The notes: generated by a model not told the origin, from the sequence alone. Positions 1-11,073 are shown, counted from the first letter of the stretch. The stretch: 64,000 nucleotides of DNA from Patescibacteria group bacterium (GCA_041665365.1 JBAYIY010000008.1:6396-70395); one strand, 5' to 3'. Numbers and translations are program-made.

Positions 1-2310
1 GCGCAGTAATATCAATCCCAGACACAACTCGTTGAGTCTTTTTTTGTTGCCCCAACGATACAACTGGTTGGCCATCATCTGGCGTCGATTCAGTTGGTTC
101 ATTCATTAGCATGTCTAGTTTAGCCGTACCACCTTCAAATAACATAGTGAAATAATGTCCAAAATTTTTGTTGATGGCCTTAAATGATTTATCAAATTGT
201 TTTTTTATAGTGCCATCTAATTCATCAATAATTTTTTCCAAAGATACGATGGTGGCGCGGAGATCTTTGGTTTGGACAGATAAGAAATCAAACCGATTTT
301 TAATATCAGCATGTTCTTGAATAATTTCTGGATCAATCCCACCAATTAATTCGAGTTGGTGTTTTAATTGTTCAATTTTAATTAAGAGTTGATTGGTGTC
401 GGCTTGAGCTGTTTGCCAGGTTAAAATATTTTGTTCAGTTTCAGCGGTAACTTCGCGCGCCACTTCCGCTAAAATACTGTCTTGTTTGGTTTGCAATTTG
501 GTCATTTCAATGTCAACACTTTGCAAACGATTAGAGATTTGGTTCAATTTGGCCTGAATTTGTCTGGCTTGGGTTTGTAATTCTAAGAGAGTTTGTTTTT
601 TGGTTTCTTCGGTTTGATTAAATTCATCCAAAGATAATTGTTTAGCATGCAAGGCTTGTTCGATGTGCTCAAGTTGAGTAATTAAAGTTTGACTTTGTTC
701 ACGATACTCTGATAGTTGAGCCGAAATTGAATCGGCACTGGCTAAAGTCTTTTCTTGTTCAGCAATACTAGAAAGATGTGTCTTATGTTCGGCTGTTAAG
801 GTAGCCACTGTGGTAGTAAGCAAGGCAATTTTTTGTTTATGACCTTCAATCGTGATACGTAAACTAGTATGCTCTTGCAACAATTTTTCTTTCAGATTTG
901 AAGTGGTGGCAATGCGTTGCTGAATGGATTGAATTAAACGGTGTTGTAAAGCAATATCCTCAGTTCTTTCTTCGCTCAGTGTATCGAGCAAATCAGCCAA
1001 AGCATTGGTTATGTCCTGAGCTTGTTTTTGAACAATTTTAAACTGATCCAATGAATTAGTATTAAGGATTTCACGCAGAAATTGCTCTTGACGTTGAAAT
1101 AATTGCTCTAAGTGTTGTTTAATTTCCGGAACGGATAAAACTTCAGATAGCTTGGCTAAACCATGCTGGGCAGTTTGGAGTTCCCGATCTAATTGTTTTA
1201 ATTCCTTTTGCACGTCATGCATGGCTTGATCCAATTTTTGTAATTGTACGGCCTGATGACCGGATGCTTCTTGACTAATTGTCTGATCTTGTTGGGCACT
1301 GGTTAATCGATTTTTCACATCATCGGCTTGACGTTTAAGCCAGAGTAAATCAATTTCCCCATTGCGTTCTTGTTCTAACTCTAACCGCCCCTGAATAATG
1401 GCTTGGTCTTTTAATAAATCGTTTTTTTTGTTTAAAGTGGTTTGATAATCACGTTGTAATTGATGATACAGCTCGGTGCGTGATTGTTCTTTGCCAATGT
1501 TATCAATCTTGTTTTCCACTCCAGTCAATTGATTTTGAGTAACATCATAGTCAGCCGTAAAAGTAGTCTTTTGTTCGCTTAGATGGTTTAATTTGTCTTT
1601 CACATCAGTTAGTAATGAACCATAATATTCGGTTTGGACAATAGCTAGCGCCGCGGCCACTTCTTGGCGCTTTTCTAATTTTTTTACCTGGCGAGATAAA
1701 GATTGTAAGCGGGGTTCAATTTCCCGCAACACATCTTCGGCGCGAGTGAGATTATCTTCAGTGCGGATCAGTTTATTAATAGCCGAATCGCGTTTAATTT
1801 GGAATTCCTTAACACCAGTCGCTTCATCGAAAAAGTTTTTTCGATCGGAGGGATTGGCATTCAAAATGTCTGTAATCATGCCTTGGCCAATCACACCATA
1901 ACTTTTTTGACCAAAATTAGCTTGCGCTAGTAATAATAAAATATCCTGTAAGCGAACTGGTTGTTTGTTAATGAGATATTCGGTTTCATTATCACGTGAT
2001 AAACGGCGTGAGATCACCACTTGGTCGTAGTCTAATGGTAGGCGATGATCTTTATTGTTAATGTATAAATCAACTTGAGCTAAACCTAAGCGGGCTTTGG
2101 TAGCTGAACCAGCAAAAATAGCATCACTCATCGTTTTCATACGCATGAGCTTAAGCGCTTGTTCGCCCATCACCCAACGCATGGCATCAGACACATTGGT
2201 TTTACCCGAACCGTTTGGCCCAACTATAGCTACAAAAGGTGCATCAAACGTGAATGTAGTGTTATCCGCAAATGATTTAAAACCAGAAATGACGAGTTTT
2301 TCTAAATACA
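1..2310 (-). CDS. smc: chromosome segregation protein SMC, N-terminal ~770 aa (3' end of gene lies beyond window start)
   Basis: Own translation from ATG at 2310 on minus: MYLEKLVISGFKSF...GPNGSGKTNVSDAMRWVMGEQ (Walker A), then long coiled-coil-like K/E/Q/L-rich sequence; no complete ORF listed in 1..2097 consistent with one long open frame running off the edge; rnc-smc adjacency is conserved. Confidence 0.88.
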
Positions 2311-2315
2311 TTTAT

Positions 2316-3035
2316 TTACCAGCCCTTTAATTTAATGGCATTATGAGCGGCACTAACTTGAGCAGTTTGTTTAGACATACCATCACCCGTGGCGATTTGT
2401 TCATCGTTCAAAAATACAGCCACTGTAAAATGTTTATTATGATCCGGGCCAGTTTCGGCTAGCACTTTATAAGTAGGAGTAACACCCACTTTATCTTGGG
2501 CTTGTTCTTGAAAATACGTCTTTGGATCCAAATACAATTTGTTTTGCAAAATATGATCGAGTTTTATAATGAGACGATCCAGAATGAATATTTTAGCACC
2601 GTTATAACCGTGTTCTAAGTAAATCGCTCCCACAATTGATTCAAAAGCATTAGCGAGAATTTTTTGACGGGCTTTACCCTGAGTATCTTTTTGTTCACCC
2701 CGTGATAAATATAATAAATTCTCAATCTGGAGTTCATTGGTTAAGATTGAGAGCATGTTTGAATTCACCAAACTGGCGCGCCAATTAGTGAGTTCACCTT
2801 CTGGGTTATCGTAATGGTGATACAGGTATTCAGTGACTACCAATTCCAGAACGGCATCACCCAAAAATTCTAAGCGCTCATTATGCCCTAATGGGAAATC
2901 TCGATTCTCATTCAAAAACGAGCGATGGACTAACGCTTGACGCAAAATATCTTTATTGGCAAAAGTAAAACCAATTTTGGTTTCCAGAGTAGATAAATCT
3001 TTGTTGAATTTTTCTTCAAGTAGAGTATTAGGCAT
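2316..3035 (-). CDS. rnc: ribonuclease III
   Basis: RNase III signature [16 protein letters not shown]-terminal dsRBD-like region; 239 aa. Confidence 0.9.
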   Translation of the reverse strand: MPNTLLEEKFNKDLSTLETKIGFTFANKDILRQALVHRSFLNENRDFPLGHNERLEFLGDAVLELVVTEYLYHHYDNPEGELTNWRASLVNSNMLSILTNELQIENLLYLSRGEQKDTQGKARQKILANAFESIVGAIYLEHGYNGAKIFILDRLIIKLDHILQNKLYLDPKTYFQEQAQDKVGVTPTYKVLAETGPDHNKHFTVAVFLNDEQIATGDGMSKQTAQVSAAHNAIKLKGW

Positions 3036-3456
3036 GGGGTTGGTCTTTTATCATGTCTTTATAAATACTTCCCAGAACACCATTAATAAATTTACCACTC
3101 GATGGTCCGCCAAAATTCTTGGCTAATTCAATGGCCTCATTAATGGCGACTTTAGGTGGAATTTCCTTATCAAATAACAATTCACACAGGCCGATGCGTA
3201 ACACATTACGATCAATTACCGTAATTTGCTCCAATGGCCACTCTGGAGCATAGCGTCTAATTTGCTCATCTAGTTTAGGCAAGTTAGCTTGAATGTTTTT
3301 TACTAATTGGGCACTGAATTGTCGATCAGTTAAATCAACCGAAGCGGCAATTGCTTCACGTTGTAGGAGCGGATCGAGGCCAGGTTTTTGCTGGTTAAAA
3401 TCCCATTCGTAAAGTACTTGTAGAGCAATAATTCTAGCCAAATGACGGTTGGCCAT
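3028..3456 (-). CDS. nusB: transcription antitermination factor NusB
   Basis: 142 aa, N-term [14 protein letters not shown] typical NusB; overlaps rnc start by 8 nt (operon). Confidence 0.78.
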   Translation of the reverse strand: MANRHLARIIALQVLYEWDFNQQKPGLDPLLQREAIAASVDLTDRQFSAQLVKNIQANLPKLDEQIRRYAPEWPLEQITVIDRNVLRIGLCELLFDKEIPPKVAINEAIELAKNFGGPSSGKFINGVLGSIYKDMIKDQPHA

Positions 3457-3462
3457 ATCAAC

Positions 3463-3636
3463 CTACTTGGTACGTACGTTGCGGCCGCGATAGGCACCGC
3501 AAGCTGAACAAGCGCGATGAGATAAGGTTGGTTGATGACACTGAGAGCACTCCACCGTAGTAACCTTAGTTAAGGCATGATGTGAAGCACGGGTGCGGCC
3601 ACGGCGGCTAGCTAAACGTTGTTTTGGTACTGGCAT
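3463..3636 (-). CDS. rpmF: 50S ribosomal protein L32 (not in ORF track, 57 aa)
   Basis: Own translation of minus strand: MPVPKQRLASRRGRTRASHHALTKVTTVECSQCHQPTLSHRACSACGAYRGRNVRTK; L32 N-terminal motif MAVPKxRxSxxR and CxxC...CxxC zinc ribbon. Confidence 0.75.
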   Translation of the reverse strand: MPVPKQRLASRRGRTRASHHALTKVTTVECSQCHQPTLSHRACSACGAYRGRNVRTK

Positions 3637-3700
3637 AGGGCTGTACTATAAAGCCCTTATTTTATTATGTCAACGCTTTAGTCTTTGCTAGCAATAAATG

Positions 3701-3746
3701 CCGGGAATTCAGGTTGTTGACATTTTACCGGGAATTCAGGTAATAT
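3701..3746 (+). promoter_or_regulatory. sigma70-like promoter (TTGACA 3717-3722, 18 nt spacer, TAATAT 3741-3746) bracketed by direct repeat CCGGGAATTCAGGT (3701-3714 and 3728-3741); start codon only ~10 nt downstream
   Basis: Read directly in sequence; repeat copies identical 14/14. Confidence 0.5.
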
Positions 3747-3755
3747 GACTTATGT

Positions 3756-4715
3756 ATGAAGATACATATTCCAAATAGCGTTTGGTTAGGAAATATTGAT
3801 CCTTTTTTGGAAGGGTTTATTGCAACCGATCCGGATCAATTAAATATAACGTTCAATAAAAAGTGGCTGTCCATACATCCGATGGTTTTATCTATGATTG
3901 CCGCGTTGGGTATAAAAACTGATCCAGCCAAAATTGTCTGTGAAAAACTTGAAGCTAAATCAAAACATTATCTGGAAAGAATGAGATTGTTTGATTTTTT
4001 ACACATGACGTCAGGTATTACCATGATAGAACATGAGCCAGCGGGGCGTTTTGTGCCATTGACGCAAATAAAAGACGGAGCCGCTTTAACAACTTTCATT
4101 ACCGAAGTTACACCATTACTTCATCTCGAACCAAAACACGCTGAACCCATTCGCTATATCATGAGTGAATTGATCAGAAATGTTCTGGAACATTCGCTCT
4201 CAAAATATGGCGCTATTGTATCGGCTCAATACTACAAGAAAAGTAATACTGTCCGGATTGGTATTGCTGATACTGGTATCGGTATCTGGCAATCAATTAA
4301 TCAATCATATCATCCTAAAACAGATTTGGAAGCAATTCGTTTAGCTCTAACTCCTGGTATTACCGGCACAACTAGGCGTGAGGGTGGCACAGAGCAAAAT
4401 GCTGGAGCTGGTTTATTTTTTATTAAATCAATTGCCTCCGTAAACAATGACTTTTTTGTTATATATAGCGGTAAAGCAATGTATAAGCTCTTAAAAAGAA
4501 AAAGTAAAAAAATTAAATTGCAGGCCGATCCGTTTACAGACAGACACTCAAAGAAATCTGATCTGCCCAATTGGGGAGGAACGGTGGTAGGCATTGACCT
4601 GTCATTAGATACAACCCAAGAATTTTCTTTACTTTTGAAGTTACTAAATAAAACTCTAAGTGAATCCATTAAGGAAAGAAAACACGCTCGTTATAAAAAA
4701 CCACTCTTTATATGA
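3756..4715 (+). CDS. standalone GHKL-family (histidine kinase-like) ATPase, no HisKA domain
   Basis: N-box-like ELIRNVLEHS, G1-like IGIADTGIGI, G2-like GGTEQNAGAGLFFIKS; 319 aa with ~130 aa N-terminal region of unknown type. Confidence 0.55.
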   Translation: MKIHIPNSVWLGNIDPFLEGFIATDPDQLNITFNKKWLSIHPMVLSMIAALGIKTDPAKIVCEKLEAKSKHYLERMRLFDFLHMTSGITMIEHEPAGRFVPLTQIKDGAALTTFITEVTPLLHLEPKHAEPIRYIMSELIRNVLEHSLSKYGAIVSAQYYKKSNTVRIGIADTGIGIWQSINQSYHPKTDLEAIRLALTPGITGTTRREGGTEQNAGAGLFFIKSIASVNNDFFVIYSGKAMYKLLKRKSKKIKLQADPFTDRHSKKSDLPNWGGTVVGIDLSLDTTQEFSLLLKLLNKTLSESIKERKHARYKKPLFI

Positions 4716-5002
4716 TTCATATAAAATTATTCACCCGGGTTGGGGAGTTTGCTGAAAATAAAGATATTGCGGCCGATATCAGATTAAATGAACTTATTCC
4801 GGCCTTAGAAAAAAATCAAAAGATAATATTAGATTTTGAAAAGGTTGAGGGAGCGACACAATCGTTCATCCATGCCCTCATTAGCGATCTATTGAGAAAA
4901 TATGGCAATGATGTATTAGATAAAATTCAATTCAAAGCCTGTAATAATACTGTAAAAAGCATCATTTCTATGGTTGTAGATTATATGCAGGAAAGCAATT
5001 AA
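4712..5002 (+). CDS. small STAS-like (DUF4325-like) protein, translationally coupled to upstream ATPase
   Basis: ATGA stop/start overlap at 4712-4715; 96 aa; pattern IILDFEKVEGATQSFIHALISDLL resembles STAS-like DUF4325 partners of ATP-binding proteins (from memory, not searched). Confidence 0.4.
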   Translation: MIHIKLFTRVGEFAENKDIAADIRLNELIPALEKNQKIILDFEKVEGATQSFIHALISDLLRKYGNDVLDKIQFKACNNTVKSIISMVVDYMQESN

Positions 5003-5024
5003 ACTGCTATACTAACTAATAATT

Positions 5025-5675
5025 ATGATTAAACCATTGTTAATCGCCAATTGGAAGATGAATAAAACCCTGGTTGAGACAGTTGCATTCATTAATATTT
5101 TCAAAAAACAGGCAATACCAAATGATCGAGCTGTAGTAATTTGTCCACCCTTTACTTTATTAGCCAGTTTCAAAGACCAAGGCTTGAAATATGGGGCACA
5201 AACTATGCATTGGGAAGATAAGGGTGCCTATACCGGCGAAATATCACCGAGTATGCTAAAAGAATTTGGGTGTTCATATGTAATTATCGGTCATTCAGAA
5301 CGAAGACAATATAATAATGAAACTGATGAAACTGTCTTGAAAAAAATCCAAGCCGCCTGGCAATACAACCTAATTCCGGTAGTTTGTATCAGCGAACTGA
5401 AACAAGTACCAGTGTTGTCTGATTATAAAGATCTGGTGATAGCTTATGAACCACTCTGGGCGATTGGCACCGGTAAAACTGCTACTCCAGAACATGCCCA
5501 ACAAATACATAGCGAGATTCGTAAAATCGTCGGTGCTAATACCAGAATTATTTATGGTGGCTCGGTCAATTCTAGCAATGCCGGGGCGCTAATGTCTCAA
5601 CCAGATGTTAATGGTTTATTGGTGGGTGGAGCCAGTTTGGATGCAGGCGAGTTTGGGAAGATAATCAATTATTAA
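5025..5675 (+). CDS. tpiA: triosephosphate isomerase (short form, 216 aa)
   Basis: Active-site motifs NWKMN, IGHSERR, AYEPLWAIGTGKTATPE. Confidence 0.9.
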   Translation: MIKPLLIANWKMNKTLVETVAFINIFKKQAIPNDRAVVICPPFTLLASFKDQGLKYGAQTMHWEDKGAYTGEISPSMLKEFGCSYVIIGHSERRQYNNETDETVLKKIQAAWQYNLIPVVCISELKQVPVLSDYKDLVIAYEPLWAIGTGKTATPEHAQQIHSEIRKIVGANTRIIYGGSVNSSNAGALMSQPDVNGLLVGGASLDAGEFGKIINY

Positions 5676-5684
5676 TAATACAAA

Positions 5685-5726
5685 ACAGGTAGAGACATGC
5701 CATGGCATGTCTCTACCTGTTTTTAT
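5685..5726. terminator. bidirectional rho-independent terminator between convergent tpiA and gyrA
   Basis: Perfect inverted repeat ACAGGTAGAGACATGCC/GGCATGTCTCTACCTGT with A-run before and T-run after. Confidence 0.65.
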
Positions 5727-8158
5727 AAATGTGCCACGCTGGCGACTTGATCGTTCTGGACTTTGAAGCGCATTAGACGCACACCTTGGGTATCACGACT
5801 AATGATTGGAACACTCTTCAATGGTAAACGAATTACCTGACCTTGTTGGGAGATAATTAATAAATCACTCGTGGCTTGGGCTTCTGTAACAACAAAACCT
5901 AACACAATCTTACCAGTTTTATCGGTGATTTTGGCAGTTTTAATACCGGAACCGCCACGGTTTTGTACTTTATATGATTTCAAGTCGGTGCGTTTACCAT
6001 AACCATGGCGCATCACGACACACAGTTCAGCATTCTTTAGAGCCGATTGGGTGACAATATCCATTCCCACTACAGCATCATTTGATTTAAGTTTCATACC
6101 ACGCACACCGGCCGCAGTGCGACCCATTTCCCGCACATCACTTTCCTTGAAGCGAATCGATTGGCCGTTATTTGTCACTAAAATAATTTGATCATTTCCA
6201 GTTGAAGGTTTAACCCATTCTAGAGCATCTTTACCCTTTAGAGTTATAGCAATTAAACCACTGCGGCGGACATTATCGAAAGCATCTAATTTGGTTTTTT
6301 TCATGGTACCAGCGGTAGTGACCATAACCAAAAATTTTGTACCCGAAGCTTTTAGATCATCACAACTTAAGGCTGAGGTAACTTTTTCTTCAGGCCCTAA
6401 TTGTAAGAAATTAACCACCGCTTGGCCTTTAGACGTGCGCGAGGCGGCAGGAATTTCATAGGCTCTCAATTGGAAGACGCGGCCACGGGAGGTAAAGAAT
6501 AATATATTGGCATGAGTATTGGTGGAAAATAATTGTTCAACACTATCCTCCTCTTTAGCGGTCAAACCGATAATACCTTTACCACCACGGTGTTGTTGTT
6601 TAAAGGTATCTTCCGCTAAACGTTTAATATAACCATCGCGCGTAATCATGATAATGGCCGCTTCTTTTGGAATCAGATCTTCCTGACTAAACGAACCAAC
6701 GGCTTGGCGGACAATATCAGTGCGGCGATCATCACCATATTTTTCAACTAATTCAGTAATTTCAGCCTTGATCACAGTTAAAATATTTTTTCTAGTTGAT
6801 AGAATAGTTTTAAGTTCTTTGATCAGTTTTTTCTTTTCAGCTAGTTCTTCTTCAACTTGGATTCTTTCTAAGTTTGCCAATTGTTGTAGCTTCATTTCCA
6901 AAATCGCTAAGGTCTGTATTTCGGTGAAACGAAATTGCTTAATCAAGTTGGTTTTGGCTTCGTCTTTATTTTTAGATTTCTTAATGGTCTTAATAATGGC
7001 ATCAATTTTTTCTAAAGCCATCACCAAACCTTCCAAAATATGCGCGCGATCTTCCGCTTTAGTTAAATCATATTGGGTGCGGCGTTTCACCACCACTTCA
7101 CGATGTTTAATATATTCCTCCAACAACATTTTCAAAGTCAGGACACGTGGTTGTAAACCATCAATCAAAGCCACCATGTTAAAGTGGAAAGTTTCTTGCA
7201 GCTGAGTCAATTTATAGATGCGATTCAAGACTTTTTTCGGATAAGCATCACGTTTCAATTCAATCACCACTCGAATACCAGTGCGATCAGATTCATCACG
7301 CAAATCACGAATGCCCTCCAATTTTTTTTCTTTAACCAAGAAAGCAATTTTTTCTACTAAGGTGGCTTTATTTACTTGATAGGGGAGCTCAGTGATAATA
7401 ATGGTGTCATCTTCAATATTAGCTTTGCCGCGCATCACCACACCGCCGCGGCCAGTGGCATAAGCCGTTTTAATGGCCTGAACATCATAGATCACGCCAC
7501 CCGTCGGCAAATCCGGGCCTTTAATAAACTCCATTAAATCGTCAACATCGGCCTCAGGATGATCGATTAAATGCATAATACCGGCACACAATTCAGTGAG
7601 ATTATGAGGCGGAATACTGGTGGCCATACCAACCGCGATACCAACCGTACCGTTGAGTAAAAGATTCGGTAATTTAGCCGGTAAAACGGTCGGTTCATCG
7701 TGTGAACCATCGTAGTTGGGTCTAAAATCTATAGTATCTTTTTCAATATCCTGCAATAATTCTTCGGCAATTTTATGTAGTTTGGCTTCGGTATAACGCA
7801 TGGCCGCGGCTGAGTCACCATCAATCGAACCAAAGTTACCTTGGCCGTGCACCAAGGGATAGCGCATGGAAAATTCTTGGGCTAAACGAACCATAGTATC
7901 ATAGACAGCCGTATCACCATGCGGATGATATTTACCGAGCACTTCACCAACTACAGTGGCAGATTTACGAAATTTAGCACTCGAGCGTAAACCAATGGTT
8001 AACATGGCATACAAAATCCGGCGATGTACCGGTTTTAAACCATCCCGGACATCGGGTAAAGCCCGTGCCACAATTACGCTCATGGCGTAATTTAAATAAG
8101 ATGTTTCCATCTCTTTATCAATCGGTTGTTGTATGACTTTGTCTTTATAGTCGGTCAT
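5723..8158 (-). CDS. gyrA: DNA gyrase subunit A
   Basis: 811 aa; N-term ...[20 protein letters not shown]..., catalytic Tyr region AAMRYTEA, C-terminal beta-pinwheel repeats. Confidence 0.95.
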   Translation of the reverse strand: MTDYKDKVIQQPIDKEMETSYLNYAMSVIVARALPDVRDGLKPVHRRILYAMLTIGLRSSAKFRKSATVVGEVLGKYHPHGDTAVYDTMVRLAQEFSMRYPLVHGQGNFGSIDGDSAAAMRYTEAKLHKIAEELLQDIEKDTIDFRPNYDGSHDEPTVLPAKLPNLLLNGTVGIAVGMATSIPPHNLTELCAGIMHLIDHPEADVDDLMEFIKGPDLPTGGVIYDVQAIKTAYATGRGGVVMRGKANIEDDTIIITELPYQVNKATLVEKIAFLVKEKKLEGIRDLRDESDRTGIRVVIELKRDAYPKKVLNRIYKLTQLQETFHFNMVALIDGLQPRVLTLKMLLEEYIKHREVVVKRRTQYDLTKAEDRAHILEGLVMALEKIDAIIKTIKKSKNKDEAKTNLIKQFRFTEIQTLAILEMKLQQLANLERIQVEEELAEKKKLIKELKTILSTRKNILTVIKAEITELVEKYGDDRRTDIVRQAVGSFSQEDLIPKEAAIIMITRDGYIKRLAEDTFKQQHRGGKGIIGLTAKEEDSVEQLFSTNTHANILFFTSRGRVFQLRAYEIPAASRTSKGQAVVNFLQLGPEEKVTSALSCDDLKASGTKFLVMVTTAGTMKKTKLDAFDNVRRSGLIAITLKGKDALEWVKPSTGNDQIILVTNNGQSIRFKESDVREMGRTAAGVRGMKLKSNDAVVGMDIVTQSALKNAELCVVMRHGYGKRTDLKSYKVQNRGGSGIKTAKITDKTGKIVLGFVVTEAQATSDLLIISQQGQVIRLPLKSVPIISRDTQGVRLMRFKVQNDQVASVAHL

Positions 8159-8160
8159 GG

Positions 8161-8583
8161 TTATTGCAGATCAGAAAATAAATTATCCAGCGTTGTGTTG
8201 TTTGGTTGATTGGTATCTATTTGTGTTTTAACTTCATCAAGCTGATTTGATATTTTACCGGTGTTATCCTGTAAGTTGGAAAAATCACCACTGATTGAAT
8301 TCATGAAATCATCTATCCGCGTAGCGGCGATACTATCTTGCACCGCATTGGAAGAAAACAATGAAGTCGACAGTGAATAGGCCCAGATACACACTATAAT
8401 GGCCATAGCCAGGCTGACTGAGACCCACAGTTTTAGGCGACTAGGTTCTGCTTTAACTGTAATGAGCGGAGCGGTTATTTCCGGTGGCGGTACAACCTTA
8501 GCTTTAGTTGGCTTTGGTTTTATTTTTGGTTTAGCCGCGATTTTAGGTTTGGTTTTTTTTACTAAGCGTTTTTTTGCCGGCAT
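8161..8583 (-). CDS. hypothetical membrane protein with lysine-rich N-terminus and one TM segment
   Basis: 140 aa; K/P-rich N-terminus, single hydrophobic helix; immediately upstream of gyrA. Confidence 0.45.
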   Translation of the reverse strand: MPAKKRLVKKTKPKIAAKPKIKPKPTKAKVVPPPEITAPLITVKAEPSRLKLWVSVSLAMAIIVCIWAYSLSTSLFSSNAVQDSIAATRIDDFMNSISGDFSNLQDNTGKISNQLDEVKTQIDTNQPNNTTLDNLFSDLQ

Positions 8584-8588
8584 ACAGT

Positions 8589-9200
8589 TTAGGCGGTAGT
8601 GGGGGTTAAGATCACAGTAGTAGTGTCATCTTGTGGGAGATCTTTTTCTTTAATACTGTATTTTTCAATAGCGGTGGTGGTTTTAACACCCAATTCTTTC
8701 AAAAATGTTTGTAGTGGCTCGAGCTTAACTTTTACGTGGGGTTGTTGGTAAAGATAGGGAATAACAACGCGTGGTTCAACTTGGCTGACAATCACTGATA
8801 ATTGGTCTTTAGGTAGCGTGCTCACTGGCAGTAATAAAATATCCACTCCTTCTAGGGTTTCTAATTGATCATTGGTTAGACCACTATCTAGTGCACCCAG
8901 AAAACCAACATGAATGCCTTCATCTTCAATGACATACACAGTTGAGGTGTTATTGGCCGCAATACCATAAATAAAAGTCTGTTTAATTTCATACTCACCT
9001 GGACCAATAATAGTGATACTATCACCCGATAAACGTTTGGTATTATTACATAAATCATTCTTAGTATCAGATATTAGAACAATATCAGCTTTCAATTTTG
9101 GCATCGCTACACCAACACTATCAGCAAACGGATTTGTGACCAGGACAGAATTGTTTGTCTGGATGCGAAAGCTGCTCAGACCGTTCCATTGAATATGCAT
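8589..9200 (-). CDS. UPF0173-type MBL-fold metal-dependent hydrolase-like protein (possibly degenerate metal site)
   Basis: Start reassigned to MHIQWNGLSSFRIQTNNSVLVTNPF, which matches the UPF0173 N-terminus pattern M-x-I-x-W-x-G-x-x-x-F-x-I-x(4-6)-[IV]-L-x-[DN]-P-F; the HxHxDH motif was not found. Confidence 0.5.
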   Translation of the reverse strand: MHIQWNGLSSFRIQTNNSVLVTNPFADSVGVAMPKLKADIVLISDTKNDLCNNTKRLSGDSITIIGPGEYEIKQTFIYGIAANNTSTVYVIEDEGIHVGFLGALDSGLTNDQLETLEGVDILLLPVSTLPKDQLSVIVSQVEPRVVIPYLYQQPHVKVKLEPLQTFLKELGVKTTTAIEKYSIKEKDLPQDDTTTVILTPTTA

Positions 9201-9216
9201 ACGGCCTAGTCTAACA

Positions 9217-9816
9217 TTAATCAATAGCCAAATCAATAGCCTCTTCGCTACTTGGTTTTATCGTTTTTATTGATGTTGGAGAGGTGGTATTTGGAGACGT
9301 ATGATGTAAAAATTTATCAAACGACGTTAATTTTGGTGCATTAGGTGAGTGTGGTTGAATACTGGCCGGGGTAGCTTGTAACGGTACAATCGGTCGTGTT
9401 GCAGCAGGAGTATGAGTTGGTTTACTAGATTGGGTGACTTCTTTGGCTTTTTCAGTGGCGATTTCTTTAGCATGTTCAGCCAGATTTTGCTTTTTAATAT
9501 TTTCATGTACTTGTTCTTCTTGGCGAAATTTACTGTGTACATAATCGGTAGCAGTTGTGGTGATGCGATGTGTTAATCCCTTCTCTTTAAGGGCTTTTAC
9601 AATTTTTACAGCTTGATCTTTTTGCACTGTGGCTTTGTCATAAAGATATTTCTGCGCATGCAAATCTGTCATCGCTTTCTTCAATTCTAAGGGCATCATG
9701 GTGTGGTGACCATGAGCATCCATCAGCATCTTTTTGAAGGTGGCGCCGGTGATTTTGTTTGGTCCAAGTGCTGTTCCCATGCCTGATAGTATACCACTTG
9801 CCAGATATTCCAGCAT
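9217..9816 (-). CDS. hypothetical protein (199 aa), first gene of minus-strand operon ending in gyrA
   Basis: ATG at 9814-9816 with ATTATA box 3 nt upstream; no recognisable domain. Confidence 0.4.
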   Translation of the reverse strand: MLEYLASGILSGMGTALGPNKITGATFKKMLMDAHGHHTMMPLELKKAMTDLHAQKYLYDKATVQKDQAVKIVKALKEKGLTHRITTTATDYVHSKFRQEEQVHENIKKQNLAEHAKEIATEKAKEVTQSSKPTHTPAATRPIVPLQATPASIQPHSPNAPKLTSFDKFLHHTSPNTTSPTSIKTIKPSSEEAIDLAID

Positions 9817-9903
9817 CTTGTATAATCGGTTCTCTCTTAAATCTTTATTTTATACATCCCGCGGCCGTGGTCAGGCCCGGATAAACAATTAATTCAATAA
9901 GAT

Positions 9904-11073
9904 ATGGCCTCAACTCAAGCAGACAAACAACCAGACAATAGTTTAATGGCGCAGTTATTAGACGGTAAAATCGCCGTTGTATTGCCCAATGAAGGTGACA
10001 CGGTCGATGGTATCGTGCTCAGTACCGCTAAAAATGAAGTTTGTATAGACATCAATGGTTTGGTGGTCGGTGTTGTACGCGGCCCTGAATTATTCGATGA
10101 ATCTGGAGATTTTTCAAATTTACAAGTCGGCACACAAGTGACCGCGACGGTTTTGGAAATGGAAAATGAGAATGGTGATGTGGAATTATCATTTCGTCAT
10201 GCCGGTCACAAAAAAGCTTGGGAAAAATTACAGGCGTTGTTGGGCACTAATGAAGTGGTCGATGCCGTTATTGTTGATGCCAATAAAGGTGGCTTGTTAG
10301 TGCGGGTTGGTCGAGTAGCTGGGTTCTTACCAGTGTCTCAATTATCGGTTGAACATTATCCCCGTGTAGAAGGTGGTAATAAAGCCAAAATTCTGGAACG
10401 CTTACAGACATACGTTAATGATCATTTTCGTGTGAAAGTGATTGATGTTGATGAAAATGATGAAAAGTTGATTGTGTCAGAAAAGATGGCTAAAGCTGAG
10501 CAACAGCAAGAAAAAATCTCCCAATATAAAGTGGGTGATAGTGTCACTGGTAAAATTACTGGTGTGGTCGATTTCGGCGCCTTTGTAGAATTTGGTGATA
10601 ATTTAGAAGGTCTGGTACATATTTCTGAAATTGCCTGGCAGCGCATTGATAATCCGAAAGAGTACGTTAAGGTGGGCGATACTGTTTCGGCTCAAATTAT
10701 TGCGATCGATAATGGTAAGATTTCACTCAGTATTCGTAATTTAATTAAAGATCCATGGCTGGATGTAGTACAACGCTATAAGATTGGCGATGTCGTGAAA
10801 GGTAAGGTACTGAAATTAAATCCGTTTGGTGCCTTTATCGAATTAGATTCAGACATTCATGGTTTGGCCCACATCTCAGAATTATCCTACCGCAAATTAA
10901 ACTCTCCAGCTGAGGTAGTGAATATTAATGACGTGTACGATTTCAAAATCATCTCGGTTGAGCCAGGTAAACATCGTCTCGGTTTATCGTATAAATCTTT
11001 GCACGAAAAAAAACCAGTTGACGAAGACAAGTCAGATAAGATAGACAAACCAGATCAAATAGTTAAAGAATAA
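9904..11073 (+). CDS. rpsA: 30S ribosomal protein S1 (short, 389 aa, four S1 domains)
   Basis: Repeated S1 motifs, e.g. GLVHISEIAWQRIDNPKEYVKVGDTVSAQIIAIDNGKISLSIR. Confidence 0.85.
   Translation: MASTQADKQPDNSLMAQLLDGKIAVVLPNEGDTVDGIVLSTAKNEVCIDINGLVVGVVRGPELFDESGDFSNLQVGTQVTATVLEMENENGDVELSFRHAGHKKAWEKLQALLGTNEVVDAVIVDANKGGLLVRVGRVAGFLPVSQLSVEHYPRVEGGNKAKILERLQTYVNDHFRVKVIDVDENDEKLIVSEKMAKAEQQQEKISQYKVGDSVTGKITGVVDFGAFVEFGDNLEGLVHISEIAWQRIDNPKEYVKVGDTVSAQIIAIDNGKISLSIRNLIKDPWLDVVQRYKIGDVVKGKVLKLNPFGAFIELDSDIHGLAHISELSYRKLNSPAEVVNINDVYDFKIISVEPGKHRLGLSYKSLHEKKPVDEDKSDKIDKPDQIVKE

Noticed and set aside
2097-2330. 77-aa plus-strand ORF
   Set aside because: Lies entirely antisense within the smc coding region and spans the smc start; no RBS or motif; read as a spurious antisense ORF.
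4310-4669. 119-aa minus-strand ORF
   Set aside because: Antisense inside the GHKL ATPase gene; low-complexity translation; spurious.
6720-7205. 161-aa plus-strand ORF
   Set aside because: Antisense inside gyrA, Ser/Leu-rich junk translation.
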